DNA of 64,000 bases from Nitrospirota bacterium (GCA_963737155.1 CAVTRN010000002.1:2432001-2496000), one strand, 5' to 3'. Shown: positions 10,700 to 23,314, counted from the stretch's first letter. Notes: generated by a model from the sequence alone, not told the origin. Made by a program: numbers and translations.

Positions 10700-10995
10700 A
10701 TAGCTCCGAGAGCTTAAGGATGGCGGCAAGTCGGATATCGTTTTGATGACACGGAGGCTGTCGCGGAGATCGCCTTTATCTCCGTCTAGGAAGAAGACCT
10801 ATACCTGGCGGGATACTGGATAAAAGTCTTGAGTGCAAAAACTCATTCAAAATAAGGAAAGACTGGTGATCTTTTTTATACCAGAGATTACGACTGCATT
10901 CTTGAAATGTCCTTACGTAAAACGGCACAAATAGTACAAGGAGCTTCTGAAGTATGGCGCTTCAAAAAAGGCTAAACGCACGATTTTTCTCGGCT
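10700..10995 (+). pseudogene. Degraded paralog of the wHTH regulator C-terminal domain
   Basis: Frameshifted translation ELKDGGKSDIV/TEAVAEIAFISV*EEDLYLAG/ILD...DYDCIL.../YKELLKYGASKK..TIF aligns by eye with the C-terminal half of 9032-9658. Confidence 0.7.
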
Positions 10996-11046
10996 GATCC
11001 ATCTTGGCAACTCCCCATCAGCTTTCTGGAAATACGAGGCTAGTTT

Positions 11047-12561
11047 ATGACGCGTCTTCAGCTGAACCTTATCGCCAATTTTACGGGGCAGGGCTGGGCT
11101 ACCCTGATGGGGCTCGCATTTGTCCCTCTGTACATTAAATTTCTCGGGATCGGGGCTTATGGCTTGATCGGATTTTACGCCATGCTTCAGGCCTCCTTGC
11201 AGATACTGGATTTAGGTTTGAGTCAAACCATGAACCGCGAACTGGCCCGGTATTCCGTTTTAGCGGACAAGGCGGGCGAAGCACGCGATTTCGTTCGAAC
11301 ACTAGAAAGCAGCTATTGGGCGATAGGCATCATCATTGGCGCTGCAGTGTGCATAGCTTCGCCATTCATTGCAGAACATTGGATCAAAAGTGGAGATACC
11401 CCCGTAAAAACGGTCGAGCAGGCAGTGATGGCTATGGGTTTCTTGGCAGCCCTGCAATGGCCACTCAGCTTTTACGAAGGCGGGCTGCTCGGCCTCCAAA
11501 AGCAAGTACTGTACAACGGCATTAAAATCGTTATGACCACGCTCAGTGGCTTCGGCGCCGTTTTCATCTTGTGGAGAATATCTCCGACGATCACTGCATT
11601 TTTCAAATGGCAAATCGCTGTCAGTGCCCTTTATGTCACCTCGGTTACCCTGTTCCTTTGGCGCAATCTGCCGATGAGCGACCATTCCCCACGTTTTAGT
11701 GGCAAGATACTGAAAAACATTTGGCTCTTCGCCGCTGGAATTAGCGGCATTACACTCTCAGCCATCGTATTAACGCAGATGGACAAGATGATTCTGAGCA
11801 AGCTCCTCCCACTTGAAATGTTCGGGTATTATACACTAGCGGGTGTCGTGAGCAGTGTCATTCCGTTCTTGATTGTCGGTCCGGTTTTCAACACCCTGTT
11901 CCCCCGCTTCACGTCGCTGGTGGCAATAGATGACCTTTCGTCCTTGAGGCTACTGTACCATCAAAGTACCCAGCTCATGGCCACTCTGGTGTTGCCGGTT
12001 GCATGCGTTCTGGCGTTCTTCTCCTTCGACATCCTTCTTGTCTGGACCGGGTCTACCGCAACGGCGGGAGCTGTCGCTCCCATCGTTAGCGTTTTAGTGA
12101 TCGGCATGGCCCTTAATGCCCTTATGACTCTACCCTATGCGCTGCAGCTATCCCACGGATGGACGAGCATAGGCCTGCGCATCAATATATTCCTGATCGT
12201 TACGCTGGTGCCATTCATCTATTTCATGGCAACGCACTACGGTGCAGTGGGTGCGGCATTCGTATGGATAGCACTGAACGGCATATATATGCTTATCGGC
12301 GTTCCATTGACGCATCGACGTCTCCTACAGGGAGAGATGTGGCACTGGTTCGTCGAGGATATCGCTCCCCCTTTAGGTGCTGCTCTGGTCGTAACAGGGA
12401 TCGGACGATGGCTAATCGCGGACTTCCTGCCTCCCATGAAGATGATTATAAACCTGTCCGCAGTATTGTTGTGTGCCTTGATGGCAACGGCTCTGGTTGC
12501 ACGGCATATGAGAACATGGATACTCGTACAATTGGAGAAGGTGGGCTTGATTCGGATATAA
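11047..12561 (+). CDS. wzx: Wzx-type oligosaccharide flippase
   Basis: About 500 aa polytopic protein; LDLGL, QMDKMILSKLL, FGYYTLA motifs. Confidence 0.88.
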   Translation: MTRLQLNLIANFTGQGWATLMGLAFVPLYIKFLGIGAYGLIGFYAMLQASLQILDLGLSQTMNRELARYSVLADKAGEARDFVRTLESSYWAIGIIIGAAVCIASPFIAEHWIKSGDTPVKTVEQAVMAMGFLAALQWPLSFYEGGLLGLQKQVLYNGIKIVMTTLSGFGAVFILWRISPTITAFFKWQIAVSALYVTSVTLFLWRNLPMSDHSPRFSGKILKNIWLFAAGISGITLSAIVLTQMDKMILSKLLPLEMFGYYTLAGVVSSVIPFLIVGPVFNTLFPRFTSLVAIDDLSSLRLLYHQSTQLMATLVLPVACVLAFFSFDILLVWTGSTATAGAVAPIVSVLVIGMALNALMTLPYALQLSHGWTSIGLRINIFLIVTLVPFIYFMATHYGAVGAAFVWIALNGIYMLIGVPLTHRRLLQGEMWHWFVEDIAPPLGAALVVTGIGRWLIADFLPPMKMIINLSAVLLCALMATALVARHMRTWILVQLEKVGLIRI

Positions 12562-12958
12562 AATCATTATTACTTCAGCATTCCAAAGTTATATCTTGAC
12601 AGGTAGTTCCCCATACTCAAGTCAAACAATATGGAACCACCGTGGAAAGACTAAGCGTATTAAGTCACAGAATTTTATGCGACATTTCCGTCTCAAGTGA
12701 ACTTACCAAAGTAATTGATCTTGGCCGATAATATTCGCATCGTTTATTTGTTGAACGGACAAAGAAATACCATCCGTTTGGATACTGGTAAAACTGCTCC
12801 GTTTCGACCCGACGAATAATGAGCGCGTTTGCGGTCTGCTGCAGATTGAGCACGGTATTCCTCCGGGATTTTTGGATTCACCATAATGCTGATATCGTCC
12901 CGGAACGAATAATACTATACAAATATGGCTAAGGCGTATTCGACCAATAGGCTCATAT

Positions 12959-14872
12959 GTGGAGATTATCATGGAAGTAGATGCTAAAGTTGTATTGTTT
13001 GTGTCTCACAAAAAAACACAGTGCGGTGTTTATGAATTTGGGAAATCCATTACTGATGTGTTACAACATTCAAAGCGTTATCAATTCATACGGGTTGAAT
13101 GTTCGTCATTAGCCGATTTGCACGCTGCCATTGCTGAGAAGAGACCTGCCGCTATAATCTATAATTATATGCCAGCAGTATTGCCGTGGGTAGCAGAAAG
13201 TATTGGTCCTAACCTGTACAGGTCTAATATTGCATCTATTACGATTCCTCAAATTGGAATCATACATGAACTGACTCAAGATGTGGCTGATACAGCCATA
13301 AATTATAAATTAAAATATTTTTACAATAATAAATATGCTTTAGTCAATTCCTTGTTTGATTTTTATATAGCACCAGATCCTACGCTACTTTTGCTAAATC
13401 CTGTTGTCTATAAAACAGGGAGACTAATTCCAGCGTACAAGAATAATTTTCCGCTTTCATTAAAACCTGTAATTGGAAGTTTTGGTTTTGGGACTCCGAA
13501 TAAAGGATTTGAAAGAATTGTTCAATTAGTCCAGCAAGAATATGATGAAGCTGTTATACAGTTTAATATTCCTGCATCTGATTTTTGTGATAAGAATGGC
13601 GCTAATGCGAAATCTATTGCTGAAGAGTGCAAAGCACTAATATCAAAACCGGGCATTCAGTTAAACATTACTCACAATTTTTTCGATAACAAAGCCATGC
13701 TGGATTTTTTGGCGCAAAATACCGTTAACGTATTTTTGTATGAAGATAATAACAACCGGGGATTGTCAAGTGCGATAGATTACGCCATGGCAGTCCAAAG
13801 GCCCATTGCCGTTTCGGATAGCGTAATGTTCAGGCATTTATTCGATGTCGAACCGTCTATATGCATTGCTAGAAACAGTCTAAAAGCAATCACCCAAAAC
13901 GGTTTTGCTCCCCTGAGACAACATTATGATGAATGGAATGCAGATAATCTTTTATGGGAATACGAACGGATACTGGGTTCGATTTTTGTGAAACAAAAGA
14001 AACTCTCAAGACAAGATACAAGCATTATAAGGAGTTTACAATCAAAATGGCATGGGCTACTATCAAGGCCGATTAAAACATTTACCTGGTTGCGAAGCCC
14101 GATACAGGCAACTGAGGATGATTTAAAAAAGGATGTTTCAGCTCGATATCAACCAGTACTGATCCCCGTGGGTGTTCCTTTGAATCGTGTTCTCGATCAT
14201 AAAGCACGAGAATTATACAAACCTGCTAGTGATAAGCTGATGGATTTGGTTCCGAAAACGATGGCAAAAAAAATCAAAGAAGCCAACGTACAGCAAGCAT
14301 TTGTATTTGACACCGTCTATCGTTATATTTCTCTATATCAAAAACCAAAAGTGTTATGCGTGGGATGTTATGAGGATACTGCGTCTATGGGTTTGAAAAA
14401 AATGGGCTACTCAATTGAAGAGATAGACCCGATGATTAATTATTACTTGCAGGAGTATTTTACAAAACCGACAACAATTAAGAATTCTTATGATATTATA
14501 TTTTCCACTTCAGTAATTGAACACGATCCGGACGATGAGTCGTTTGTAACGTGCATTGCTGATTTGCTAGCCCCTGGCGGCGTAAGTGTGATTACTTGTG
14601 ATTATAAAGATGGTTGGAAACCGCACGAGCCAAAACCTGAAGGTAATGAGCGGTTTTATACAAAGGAAGATTTGCAGAACCGTTTATTGCCATTGATGAA
14701 GGGCTGTTATCTTGTAGATGAACCACAATGGAATTGTACAAGTCCTGATTTTAATTATTTGGGTAAGTATCAGTATACTTTTGCGACTTTTGTTCTTAAA
14801 AAAGTCATGACCACCGGCGTAGCCGGTGGCTCGGTTAAGCCCCGTAAGGGCAGCGTTAGTGGCCCCCCTTAA
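12959..14872 (+). CDS. Putative glycosyltransferase-like / class I SAM methyltransferase fusion
   Basis: N-half GT-B-like (CGVYEF, IGSFGF..NKG, SSAIDYAMAVQRPI); C-half VLCVGC, YDIIFSTSVIEH, LAPGG. Confidence 0.6.
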   Translation: MEIIMEVDAKVVLFVSHKKTQCGVYEFGKSITDVLQHSKRYQFIRVECSSLADLHAAIAEKRPAAIIYNYMPAVLPWVAESIGPNLYRSNIASITIPQIGIIHELTQDVADTAINYKLKYFYNNKYALVNSLFDFYIAPDPTLLLLNPVVYKTGRLIPAYKNNFPLSLKPVIGSFGFGTPNKGFERIVQLVQQEYDEAVIQFNIPASDFCDKNGANAKSIAEECKALISKPGIQLNITHNFFDNKAMLDFLAQNTVNVFLYEDNNNRGLSSAIDYAMAVQRPIAVSDSVMFRHLFDVEPSICIARNSLKAITQNGFAPLRQHYDEWNADNLLWEYERILGSIFVKQKKLSRQDTSIIRSLQSKWHGLLSRPIKTFTWLRSPIQATEDDLKKDVSARYQPVLIPVGVPLNRVLDHKARELYKPASDKLMDLVPKTMAKKIKEANVQQAFVFDTVYRYISLYQKPKVLCVGCYEDTASMGLKKMGYSIEEIDPMINYYLQEYFTKPTTIKNSYDIIFSTSVIEHDPDDESFVTCIADLLAPGGVSVITCDYKDGWKPHEPKPEGNERFYTKEDLQNRLLPLMKGCYLVDEPQWNCTSPDFNYLGKYQYTFATFVLKKVMTTGVAGGSVKPRKGSVSGPP

Positions 14873-14880
14873 GGGGGCAA
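14806..14880. mobile_element. IS200/IS605-like terminal hairpin remnant
   Basis: Hairpins CCACCGGC-gta-GCCGGTGG, GCCC-cgtaa-GGGC and GCCCCC-cttaa-GGGGGC; no transposase found. Confidence 0.6.
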
Positions 14881-15517
14881 TTTCTTTCTTCTTTATCAGA
14901 AGCGTCGCGATTACACACCGTGCCTTTTTGCAACATGATATATTTCCTTTTTTGCTGAAATGCTCGTGGCTATCATTACTATTACGACTCATATGTTCTT
15001 CTTGCGATTATTTGCGGTTACTGTTCGATATATCAAGCACAAATTTTCTTACATGACACAAGATGTAATTCAAACTTCGTGGTGTGAGTACACCGGGAAC
15101 GATATTTAGCAACTATACACAACACTCTACAGCCCGAATGCAACGCCTTGCATAAATGCATTCCTGTTGTAACGGCACCATACGTACGAGGGCATATCGT
15201 AGTCGGGGGCTTAGCTTGGGAATTACGGGAGCAGTACAGGCGAAGCTTATTTTCAGATAATCTAATAAAATCATCGGTTGGTGGAAAAGAACACTGATGA
15301 AAATACCTAATTTTCTGCTTGAATTTCTGAGATGGTCACTCCTTATCCTAAGTGTGCGTGCTTTAGGAATTAAGATCATCGGAATAGCGCGAAGTCTGAG
15401 AGAGTTGGTATCGATTGATATGTTGAGCATAAGCAGTTGTTCAGTTAATCACCAGTTTCAATAGAACCAAATTTTATTTTGCCGCCAATGCTTCATATGT
15501 TTTTTAGATAGGAGGAT

Positions 15518-16762
15518 TTGTTTGTGACTGCATATAAAGAAATCGATAAATGTCGCTTAAGCGGAAGCAAAAACTTGGTGCCTGTCCTCAATCTCGGGCA
15601 TCAGGTCTTAACAGGGGTATTCCCGAAAAGTATATCCGAACAAATCACAGCCGGTCCTCTTGAACTCGTATGGTGTCCAGACGGCGGTCTGCTGCAGTTG
15701 CGCCACTCCTATGACCCGGGTGAAATGTATGGCCAGAATTACGGCTACCGGTCTGGGCTGAATCAATCGATGGTCAACCACCTGACGGAAAAGGCCCGTT
15801 ACCTTGAACGACTGGCCGTACTAAAATCGGGGGACGTTGTGCTGGACATCGGCAGCAATGACGCAACTACACTGAAGGCATATTCGGTCAACGGGGTTAA
15901 ATTGCTCGGCATTGATCCCACGGGAAGGAAATTCGCCCAGTACTATACGGAAAATATAAAACTGGTTCCGGATTTCTTCTCGGCCGACGCCTATCGAAGC
16001 GTAGAATCGCATCCGGCGCGAATCGTTACTTCCATAGCGATGTTCTATGATCTTGACTCACCGGTAGAATTTGCAAAGCAAATAGAATCGATTCTCGCAG
16101 ACGACGGGATATGGCACTTTGAGCAAAGCTACATGCCCTCCATGCTGCGATTGAATGCTTACGATACGATATGCCATGAGCATCTGGAGTACTACTCACT
16201 CACCGTAGTAAAGTATATTCTTGAGAAAGCGGGACTGAAAATTGTAGACGTCGTGATGAACGCGATAAACGGAGGCAGTTTTGCCGTAACCGCCTCGAAG
16301 GCAGCTAATCGCACTATTGTTCAGAATTCCGCCGTCATCAACTGGTTGCTTGACCAGGAAGACAGAATGGGGCTAAATACTCCCCGCCCCTACCGCGATT
16401 TCGAAGAGCGTGTATTCCGCCATCGGGATGACCTCACTCGGCTTATTCGCGCTTTGAATGCAGATGGCAAAAAGATCCTCGGTTATGGCGCCTCAACAAA
16501 AGGAAATGTCGTTCTCCAGTTCTGCGGCTTGACTAAGAACGATATTCCTGCAATTGCAGAAGTCAATCAGGATAAATTCGACTGTTTCACGCCGGGCACC
16601 CATATTCCGATTATATCAGAACAGGAAGCACGGTCGATGAACCCTGATTACTTTCTAGTGCTTCCCTGGCACTTCAAGGATGGGATTCTTCGGCGTGAGA
16701 AAGAGTATTTGACGAACGGTGGGAAAATGATATTTCCATTCCCTGAAATTGAGATAGTGTAA
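15518..16762 (+). CDS. NDP-sugar C-methyltransferase (class I SAM)
   Basis: YGYRSG, LDIGSND, YDTICHEHLEYY, GYGASTKGN, TPGTHIPI, LVLPWHF motifs. Confidence 0.88.
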   Translation: MFVTAYKEIDKCRLSGSKNLVPVLNLGHQVLTGVFPKSISEQITAGPLELVWCPDGGLLQLRHSYDPGEMYGQNYGYRSGLNQSMVNHLTEKARYLERLAVLKSGDVVLDIGSNDATTLKAYSVNGVKLLGIDPTGRKFAQYYTENIKLVPDFFSADAYRSVESHPARIVTSIAMFYDLDSPVEFAKQIESILADDGIWHFEQSYMPSMLRLNAYDTICHEHLEYYSLTVVKYILEKAGLKIVDVVMNAINGGSFAVTASKAANRTIVQNSAVINWLLDQEDRMGLNTPRPYRDFEERVFRHRDDLTRLIRALNADGKKILGYGASTKGNVVLQFCGLTKNDIPAIAEVNQDKFDCFTPGTHIPIISEQEARSMNPDYFLVLPWHFKDGILRREKEYLTNGGKMIFPFPEIEIV

Positions 16763-16838
16763 CCTTAATCCAGACGAGTACCTGCTGTCTATGCACTTTT
16801 GAGACATCCCTATTTGAGAAGGGTGGAATATTGGCTCA

Positions 16839-17711
16839 ATGAAAGCGATAATTTTCGGCGCAAGTGGTCAAGACGGACATTACTTGATGGAGTTGTGCAA
16901 GCTAAGGCATATTGAGCCAATAGGTGTATCTCGTTCTGGTAACGGCATAAAAGGGGACGTGTCCATCTACAGGGAGGTCGAGCATTTAGTCAGTAAACAC
17001 AAACCTGCATACGTGTTTCATGTCGCGGCCAAATCAACAACGCGACACGAAGCGCTATTTGAAAACCATGAAACTATTTCTACTGGCACGCTTAACATCC
17101 TTGAGGCAGTAAATAAACATTGCCCTGAATCAAAAGTATTCCTAACCGGTAGTGGCGTTCAGTTTGTAAACATGGGGCTGCCAATATCCGAAACTAATGC
17201 CTTTGAAGCGAGCAGCCCCTACTCCGTTGCACGCATTCAATCGGTCTATGCAGGACGATACTATCGTACGCTCGGATTAAAAGTCTACATTGGTTACCTG
17301 TTTCATCATGAGAGTCCGCTCCGAAAACCGAACCATGTAAGCCAAATAATCGCACTTGCTGCACAGCGAATTGCAAAAGGTAGTAATGAGATTATTGAGT
17401 TAGGCGATATTTCCGTTGAAAAAGAATGGGCCTTTGCCGGGGACATTGCGAAGGGAATATTTACTTTGATCGAGCAAGACAGGATATTTGAAGCTACAAT
17501 CGGCACAGGTGAAGTATTTTCAATCGAAAATTGGCTTGAACAATGCTTCAGGCTTATCGGCAGGGATTGGCATAATCATGTTAAGCTGCGAGAGGATTTT
17601 TTTTCGGAATACAAGCGATTGTATTCAAACCCCCGCATCATTAATGAGCTTGGATGGTTTCCCTCCGTAAAGTTGCCTGAGCTTGCTGCAATGATGGTAA
17701 CTATATCATAG
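16839..17711 (+). CDS. GMD-family NAD(P)-dependent SDR, probable 4-ketoreductase
   Basis: GASGQDG, FHHESPLR, KEW.FAGD; catalytic motif reads YSVAR. Confidence 0.75.
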   Translation: MKAIIFGASGQDGHYLMELCKLRHIEPIGVSRSGNGIKGDVSIYREVEHLVSKHKPAYVFHVAAKSTTRHEALFENHETISTGTLNILEAVNKHCPESKVFLTGSGVQFVNMGLPISETNAFEASSPYSVARIQSVYAGRYYRTLGLKVYIGYLFHHESPLRKPNHVSQIIALAAQRIAKGSNEIIELGDISVEKEWAFAGDIAKGIFTLIEQDRIFEATIGTGEVFSIENWLEQCFRLIGRDWHNHVKLREDFFSEYKRLYSNPRIINELGWFPSVKLPELAAMMVTIS

Positions 17712-17878
17712 TTTTGGCATTGGCTACAAACTATTCATCAAACGATAAAAAATTCCCCTGGAGAACAGAGAGCCATAATCGTTTCTCGCTTATCAATTTT
17801 TTTAGTGACAAACAACACTGTCGTAATAGACCAAACTATGGGAAGTATCACTTCCCAACTCAGTGAGAGAAATATTTC

Positions 17879-18907
17879 ATGAATAAAATTCGACTTTCGA
17901 TCTGTATTCCAACTTATAATTTTGGTTTGTTCATCGGAAAAACCCTTAAAAGTATTACGGATCAGCCAAGTGATGAAATAGAAGTCGTAGTGCTTGACGG
18001 AGGATCTACTGACAATACAGAAGAAATAGTACTGCGCTTTCAGCAGATCTTCCCTCGCATTAATTATCGACGGCTAGATAAAAAGGGAGGAATCGATAAA
18101 GATTTATTCAGAACGGTCGCATTGGCGCGGGGAAATTATTGTTGGTTAATGTCAAGTGATGACGTCATCAAGGCAGGAGCCATCCAGAGAGTTCTTGATG
18201 AAATTAAGCTAGAACATGATATTTACCTGTGCAATAGAACCGAGTGCGATCGTAATTTGAGTCCAATTCGCGATCGCCATTGGCTATCAGAAGACATCGG
18301 AGACCATGTTTTCAAGTTTTCAACACAAGCGGGATTCATAGATTATTTTAACAAATCGCTATCTATCGGCGCCCTTTTCAGCTATATGAGTTCTATAATT
18401 GTCCGCCGTGATAAGTGGAACGAGATTAAGTATAATGAGATATTTACAGGTAGCAATTATGCTCATGTATTTATGTTATTTTCCATTTTACAAAAAAATG
18501 CTACACTCAAATACATAAAAGATTCTCTCATATTAAGTCGTGGTGATAATGACAGCTTTTCAAAAGAAGGGTTGTTTAAGCGGCGGATGCTTGATATCGA
18601 TGGTTATCTTCTCCTGTCATCTCATTTATTCCCCAACGAAGCTGTTAGTAACTCTTTTTTAGCTGTTATGCAGCGAGAACATGCGTGGTATGATTTTGCA
18701 GCTTTAAAAAGATTTTCTCCCGACAAAGCTACTTGGAATGATTTAGAACAAAAATTGATTAAGTATCGATATTCACGTGCAATATTACTTATGGTAAAGA
18801 TCACTACGTCTTCCCCGTATCTGTTATCTGCAGCTCGCTGTCTTTGGAGAAGAGGTGCGAGAATAGCTGCTCGAATAGGATTATTGAATCAAAATAAAAA
18901 AAACTAG
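17879..18907 (+). CDS. GT2 glycosyltransferase (RfbV-like)
   Basis: SICIPTYN, DGGSTD, WLMSSDD. Confidence 0.88.
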   Translation: MNKIRLSICIPTYNFGLFIGKTLKSITDQPSDEIEVVVLDGGSTDNTEEIVLRFQQIFPRINYRRLDKKGGIDKDLFRTVALARGNYCWLMSSDDVIKAGAIQRVLDEIKLEHDIYLCNRTECDRNLSPIRDRHWLSEDIGDHVFKFSTQAGFIDYFNKSLSIGALFSYMSSIIVRRDKWNEIKYNEIFTGSNYAHVFMLFSILQKNATLKYIKDSLILSRGDNDSFSKEGLFKRRMLDIDGYLLLSSHLFPNEAVSNSFLAVMQREHAWYDFAALKRFSPDKATWNDLEQKLIKYRYSRAILLMVKITTSSPYLLSAARCLWRRGARIAARIGLLNQNKKN

Positions 18908-18932
18908 TAATACATATGTGTTATCTACCACC

Positions 18933-19302
18933 CTAGTGATGTCCGGGATTTTCTCAGGCCTTGTTTAAACATCTTCGAGAACCCTATGGTCCTGCTTTGG
19001 GATGGCGGTAGAATCCACCAACAGAAAGAAGTCAAGCAATTGATTATCGGGCATTCGAGGCGCCAAAGCGAACGGTTCCCGGCAAATGCACCTGGTTCAA
19101 CCCTGCTGAGTATGTTTGGAATCAAACCGACCGCGCTCGCGCAAACAGCGAGCCGGAATAACTATCATCTATCAGTTGGTTATTACGAAGTTCTGTGCGT
19201 ACACTCTGCGGATCGATAAAGCTCCTTTGGTCTTGCATCTATACATTCAAGCTGACTTTTCGTACAAGATAACGGTTTCCATTATTAATGCAAATCTAAA
19301 TA
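18933..19302 (+). mobile_element. IS630-family transposase 3' remnant (pseudogene)
   Basis: VLLWDGGRIH...ERFPANAP/NPAEYVWNQTD.../LLWSCIY with frameshifts, ending in ...TTCCATTATTAATGCAAATCTAAATA. Confidence 0.75.
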
Positions 19303-19595
19303 ATATCAACCATGATATTATGATGTATAAATTGTCATGCGGCTATCTTTATTGCTCTTGGAAATACGTAAGAATGAAGACGTAAATAACGTTTGTTCAG
19401 GGTGATTATTCTATACGGTCCTATCGGGAAAAGAAAAGTTGTAGTCGCCAGTATTTATGCCAGATTCGAATATGTCTGTGGACGAATTCGTCCTTCAGAG
19501 CAACATCGAGTTATTGACCTTTTTTATCGATTTTCGCGGAGACAACGCTTGGCAGCCCACAATCACCAAGGTACATACCTTTTATGGCATCGTAG

Positions 19596-20588
<993 letters not shown>

Positions 20589-20638
20589 ATGACATTCCAG
20601 GGTTCGTAAATTTTAAAACACTAATAATGGTACTGTAA

Positions 20639-21862
20639 ATGAAAATTGCTGTGTGGCACAACTTACCAAGCGGCGGAGCTAAGCGTGCTCTCTATTATCA
20701 TACCCGAGGGCTCGCGCAGCGTGGTCATACTATCGAAGCATGGTGTCCTTCAACCGCTGACCAGACATATTTGCCTCTCAGCGGTCTGATAAGGGAACAT
20801 GTAAAACCGTTGCATTTAATGCACATTGCATCTGTTAAAAATACGTTCAAAAAAGCATGGTTAGCTTCCTTCCACATGTTTCATGATATTCAAGAACTAG
20901 ACAATCATTGCCGCCAGTGTGCTGAAGAAATAAACCATGAGGGCTTCGATATACTTTTTACATACAATAGTCTGCCCATTGCTGTTTCTTCGATCGCTAA
21001 ATATGTTAAAATACCGACATCTATCTATTTAAATGAGCCATTAAGAGGTCTTTATGAGGCAATTCCTCGTTTACCATGGATTGAGCCCGATACGGCAGAA
21101 TCACACTGGAAGCTACAATCCATGATTAAGCTTATCGAAGACCATTATCAATTGAAATATATCAGACGCGTGGCGAGAGAAGAATGGACAAATATCAGGT
21201 TATATGATTCGGTCTTGGCAAATTCTTTATTCAGCAGAGAAAGTATTTTGCGAGCATATGGTACAAACTCCCGTGTGTGCTATCTTGGCGTAGATTCCGA
21301 CCTTTTTATTAACCAGCACAAGCAAAAAAGCAATTTTGTCATTGGGGTCGGTTCCTTTAGCCCAGCGAAAAATATTGACTTCGTCATACGTTCTCTGGCG
21401 AAGGTTCGTTCACCGCGGCCTAGCTTGGTATGGGTCGGCAATTATTCCTTTCAAAACTACTTGGATGAGTTGAAACGACTCTCAATATCAATGAACGTTG
21501 ATTTTCAACCCATGGAAATGATTGACGATCACCAGCTCGTTGACCTTCTGAATAGTGCGATGGCGATGGTGTATGCACCTCGATTAGAGCCGTTCGGATT
21601 TGCACCATTAGAAGCAAATGCGTGTGGTTTATCAGTCATTGCCGTCGCAGAAGGTGGGATAAGAGAAACAATCATGGATGGTGTCAATGGTTTACTCGTA
21701 GACTACGATGAAGGTTCAATGGCTCATGCAATCGAACGAATTCGTGATGACAGTCATCTTGCTCGCTCTTTGGGAGAAAATGGCCACAAAATTGTTCTTG
21801 ATAAGTGGTCACTTTCTGCATCGATTGACAGAATCGAACATTGCCTGAAAATTTTAATTTAA
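20639..21862 (+). CDS. GT4 glycosyltransferase
   Basis: SGGA N-terminal motif; EPFGFAPLEANACG. Confidence 0.88.
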   Translation: MKIAVWHNLPSGGAKRALYYHTRGLAQRGHTIEAWCPSTADQTYLPLSGLIREHVKPLHLMHIASVKNTFKKAWLASFHMFHDIQELDNHCRQCAEEINHEGFDILFTYNSLPIAVSSIAKYVKIPTSIYLNEPLRGLYEAIPRLPWIEPDTAESHWKLQSMIKLIEDHYQLKYIRRVAREEWTNIRLYDSVLANSLFSRESILRAYGTNSRVCYLGVDSDLFINQHKQKSNFVIGVGSFSPAKNIDFVIRSLAKVRSPRPSLVWVGNYSFQNYLDELKRLSISMNVDFQPMEMIDDHQLVDLLNSAMAMVYAPRLEPFGFAPLEANACGLSVIAVAEGGIRETIMDGVNGLLVDYDEGSMAHAIERIRDDSHLARSLGENGHKIVLDKWSLSASIDRIEHCLKILI

Positions 21863-22165
21863 TCTTTAATCTGAATCCGACGCTAATCAGAAATATCCGT
21901 GATGTGTGATATGCACGAAATAATTTCATGAGGACGATATTGGTGCTTCAGATATCAACCTGCTATTTTTTATTCTCCATGTCAGTGCGAATCTCGAATG
22001 CAATGTGAGGTCGCAAGTCTGCGCGGAAAGAACAGTTTGAACCCCAATCGGTTGAAACGATAATACACTTTCCTGGAACTGACAGCCAACGTACAAAGGG
22101 CACAAAAGAGCGTGACTAGATATCATGCATATTTCAGCAGAGAGTAGACAGTCAAGAGGGACCTT

Positions 22166-23314
22166 TTGAAGAAGAAAACCATCGTCATAGATGCTATCAC
22201 ACTCTTATCCAGAGTCACCGGCATAGGGAAGTATACTCATGAAGTATCGAAACGACTTTTGCGGTCAAGCGACGATCTTGATATCACCTTTTATTATGGC
22301 TATTTCAGCAAGGATTTATACGAGCCTCAAGATGCGTCGTCAGGCAAGCTATCAAAAAATCTGATGAGTATCCTCGGTCAAAACTACGTTTTTAAAAATC
22401 TTGCGCAGGGGATCAAACTGTATTTGCTAAAATATCTTAGCGGTAAATATGACTTATACTGGGAACCAGCCATTGTCCCGCTCCAGCACATGAAAACCGG
22501 CAGTCTCGTCACGACTGTGCACGATTTCTCCTTTCATCATCACCCCGAATGGCTCGACAAGGAACTACGGGCCTATATCACTAACCATTTTTGGAGGAAT
22601 ATATCGCGGTCATCTCGAATTATCACGGGTTCACTTTATACAAAAAATGAGATTGTGAAATTTCTGCGATACGATCCGGCGGCAATAGACGTAATCTATC
22701 ATGGCGTAGACCATTCCATCTTTAGACCCTATGAAGAAGAAACCTTGCGCACCTTTGCTGCATCTCACACATTACCGGTGAAATATCTGCTCTTCGTGGG
22801 GAGCATTGAACCAAGAAAGAATCTCATAAATACCTTGCTTGCATATAATCAGCTTCCGAAAGAGTTCAAGAAAGAGTTTAAATTCGTACTAGCCGGGTTC
22901 AGCGGTTGGAACAATTCCGAAGTCATGGCACTTATCGAGAAAGAAAAGGAGAATATCACCTATCTCGGATATCTTACCGATTTCGAGCTTGCATGCTTAT
23001 ACAATCTGGCCAGCGTTCTTATCTACCCGTCCCTTTATGAGGGGTTCGGCCTCCCACCACTCGAAGCCATGGCCTGCGGGACGCCTGTGGTCGTTTCGCG
23101 AGTTGCTTCCCTGCCAGAAGTATGTGGGGATGCAGCGTTCTACATTAATCCCCACGATATTTCGAACATCACCGATGGTATGTACAATGTTGCAAACAAT
23201 GATGCCATGCGGAAATTGATGGCTCAGAAAGGTCTGGCCCGTGCTAGTGGATTCACTTGGGACGAATCAGCTCGGAAGCATTTATCGGTTTTTCATAATC
23301 TTTTGAACCGTTAA
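22166..23314 (+). CDS. GT4 glycosyltransferase (MtfB/WbpX-like)
   Basis: [35 protein letters not shown]. Confidence 0.92.
   Translation: MKKKTIVIDAITLLSRVTGIGKYTHEVSKRLLRSSDDLDITFYYGYFSKDLYEPQDASSGKLSKNLMSILGQNYVFKNLAQGIKLYLLKYLSGKYDLYWEPAIVPLQHMKTGSLVTTVHDFSFHHHPEWLDKELRAYITNHFWRNISRSSRIITGSLYTKNEIVKFLRYDPAAIDVIYHGVDHSIFRPYEEETLRTFAASHTLPVKYLLFVGSIEPRKNLINTLLAYNQLPKEFKKEFKFVLAGFSGWNNSEVMALIEKEKENITYLGYLTDFELACLYNLASVLIYPSLYEGFGLPPLEAMACGTPVVVSRVASLPEVCGDAAFYINPHDISNITDGMYNVANNDAMRKLMAQKGLARASGFTWDESARKHLSVFHNLLNR

Noticed and set aside
14880-15517. Possible tnpA next to the IS200-like hairpins
   Set aside because: No HUH or catalytic Tyr motif recognisable in the ORFs there.
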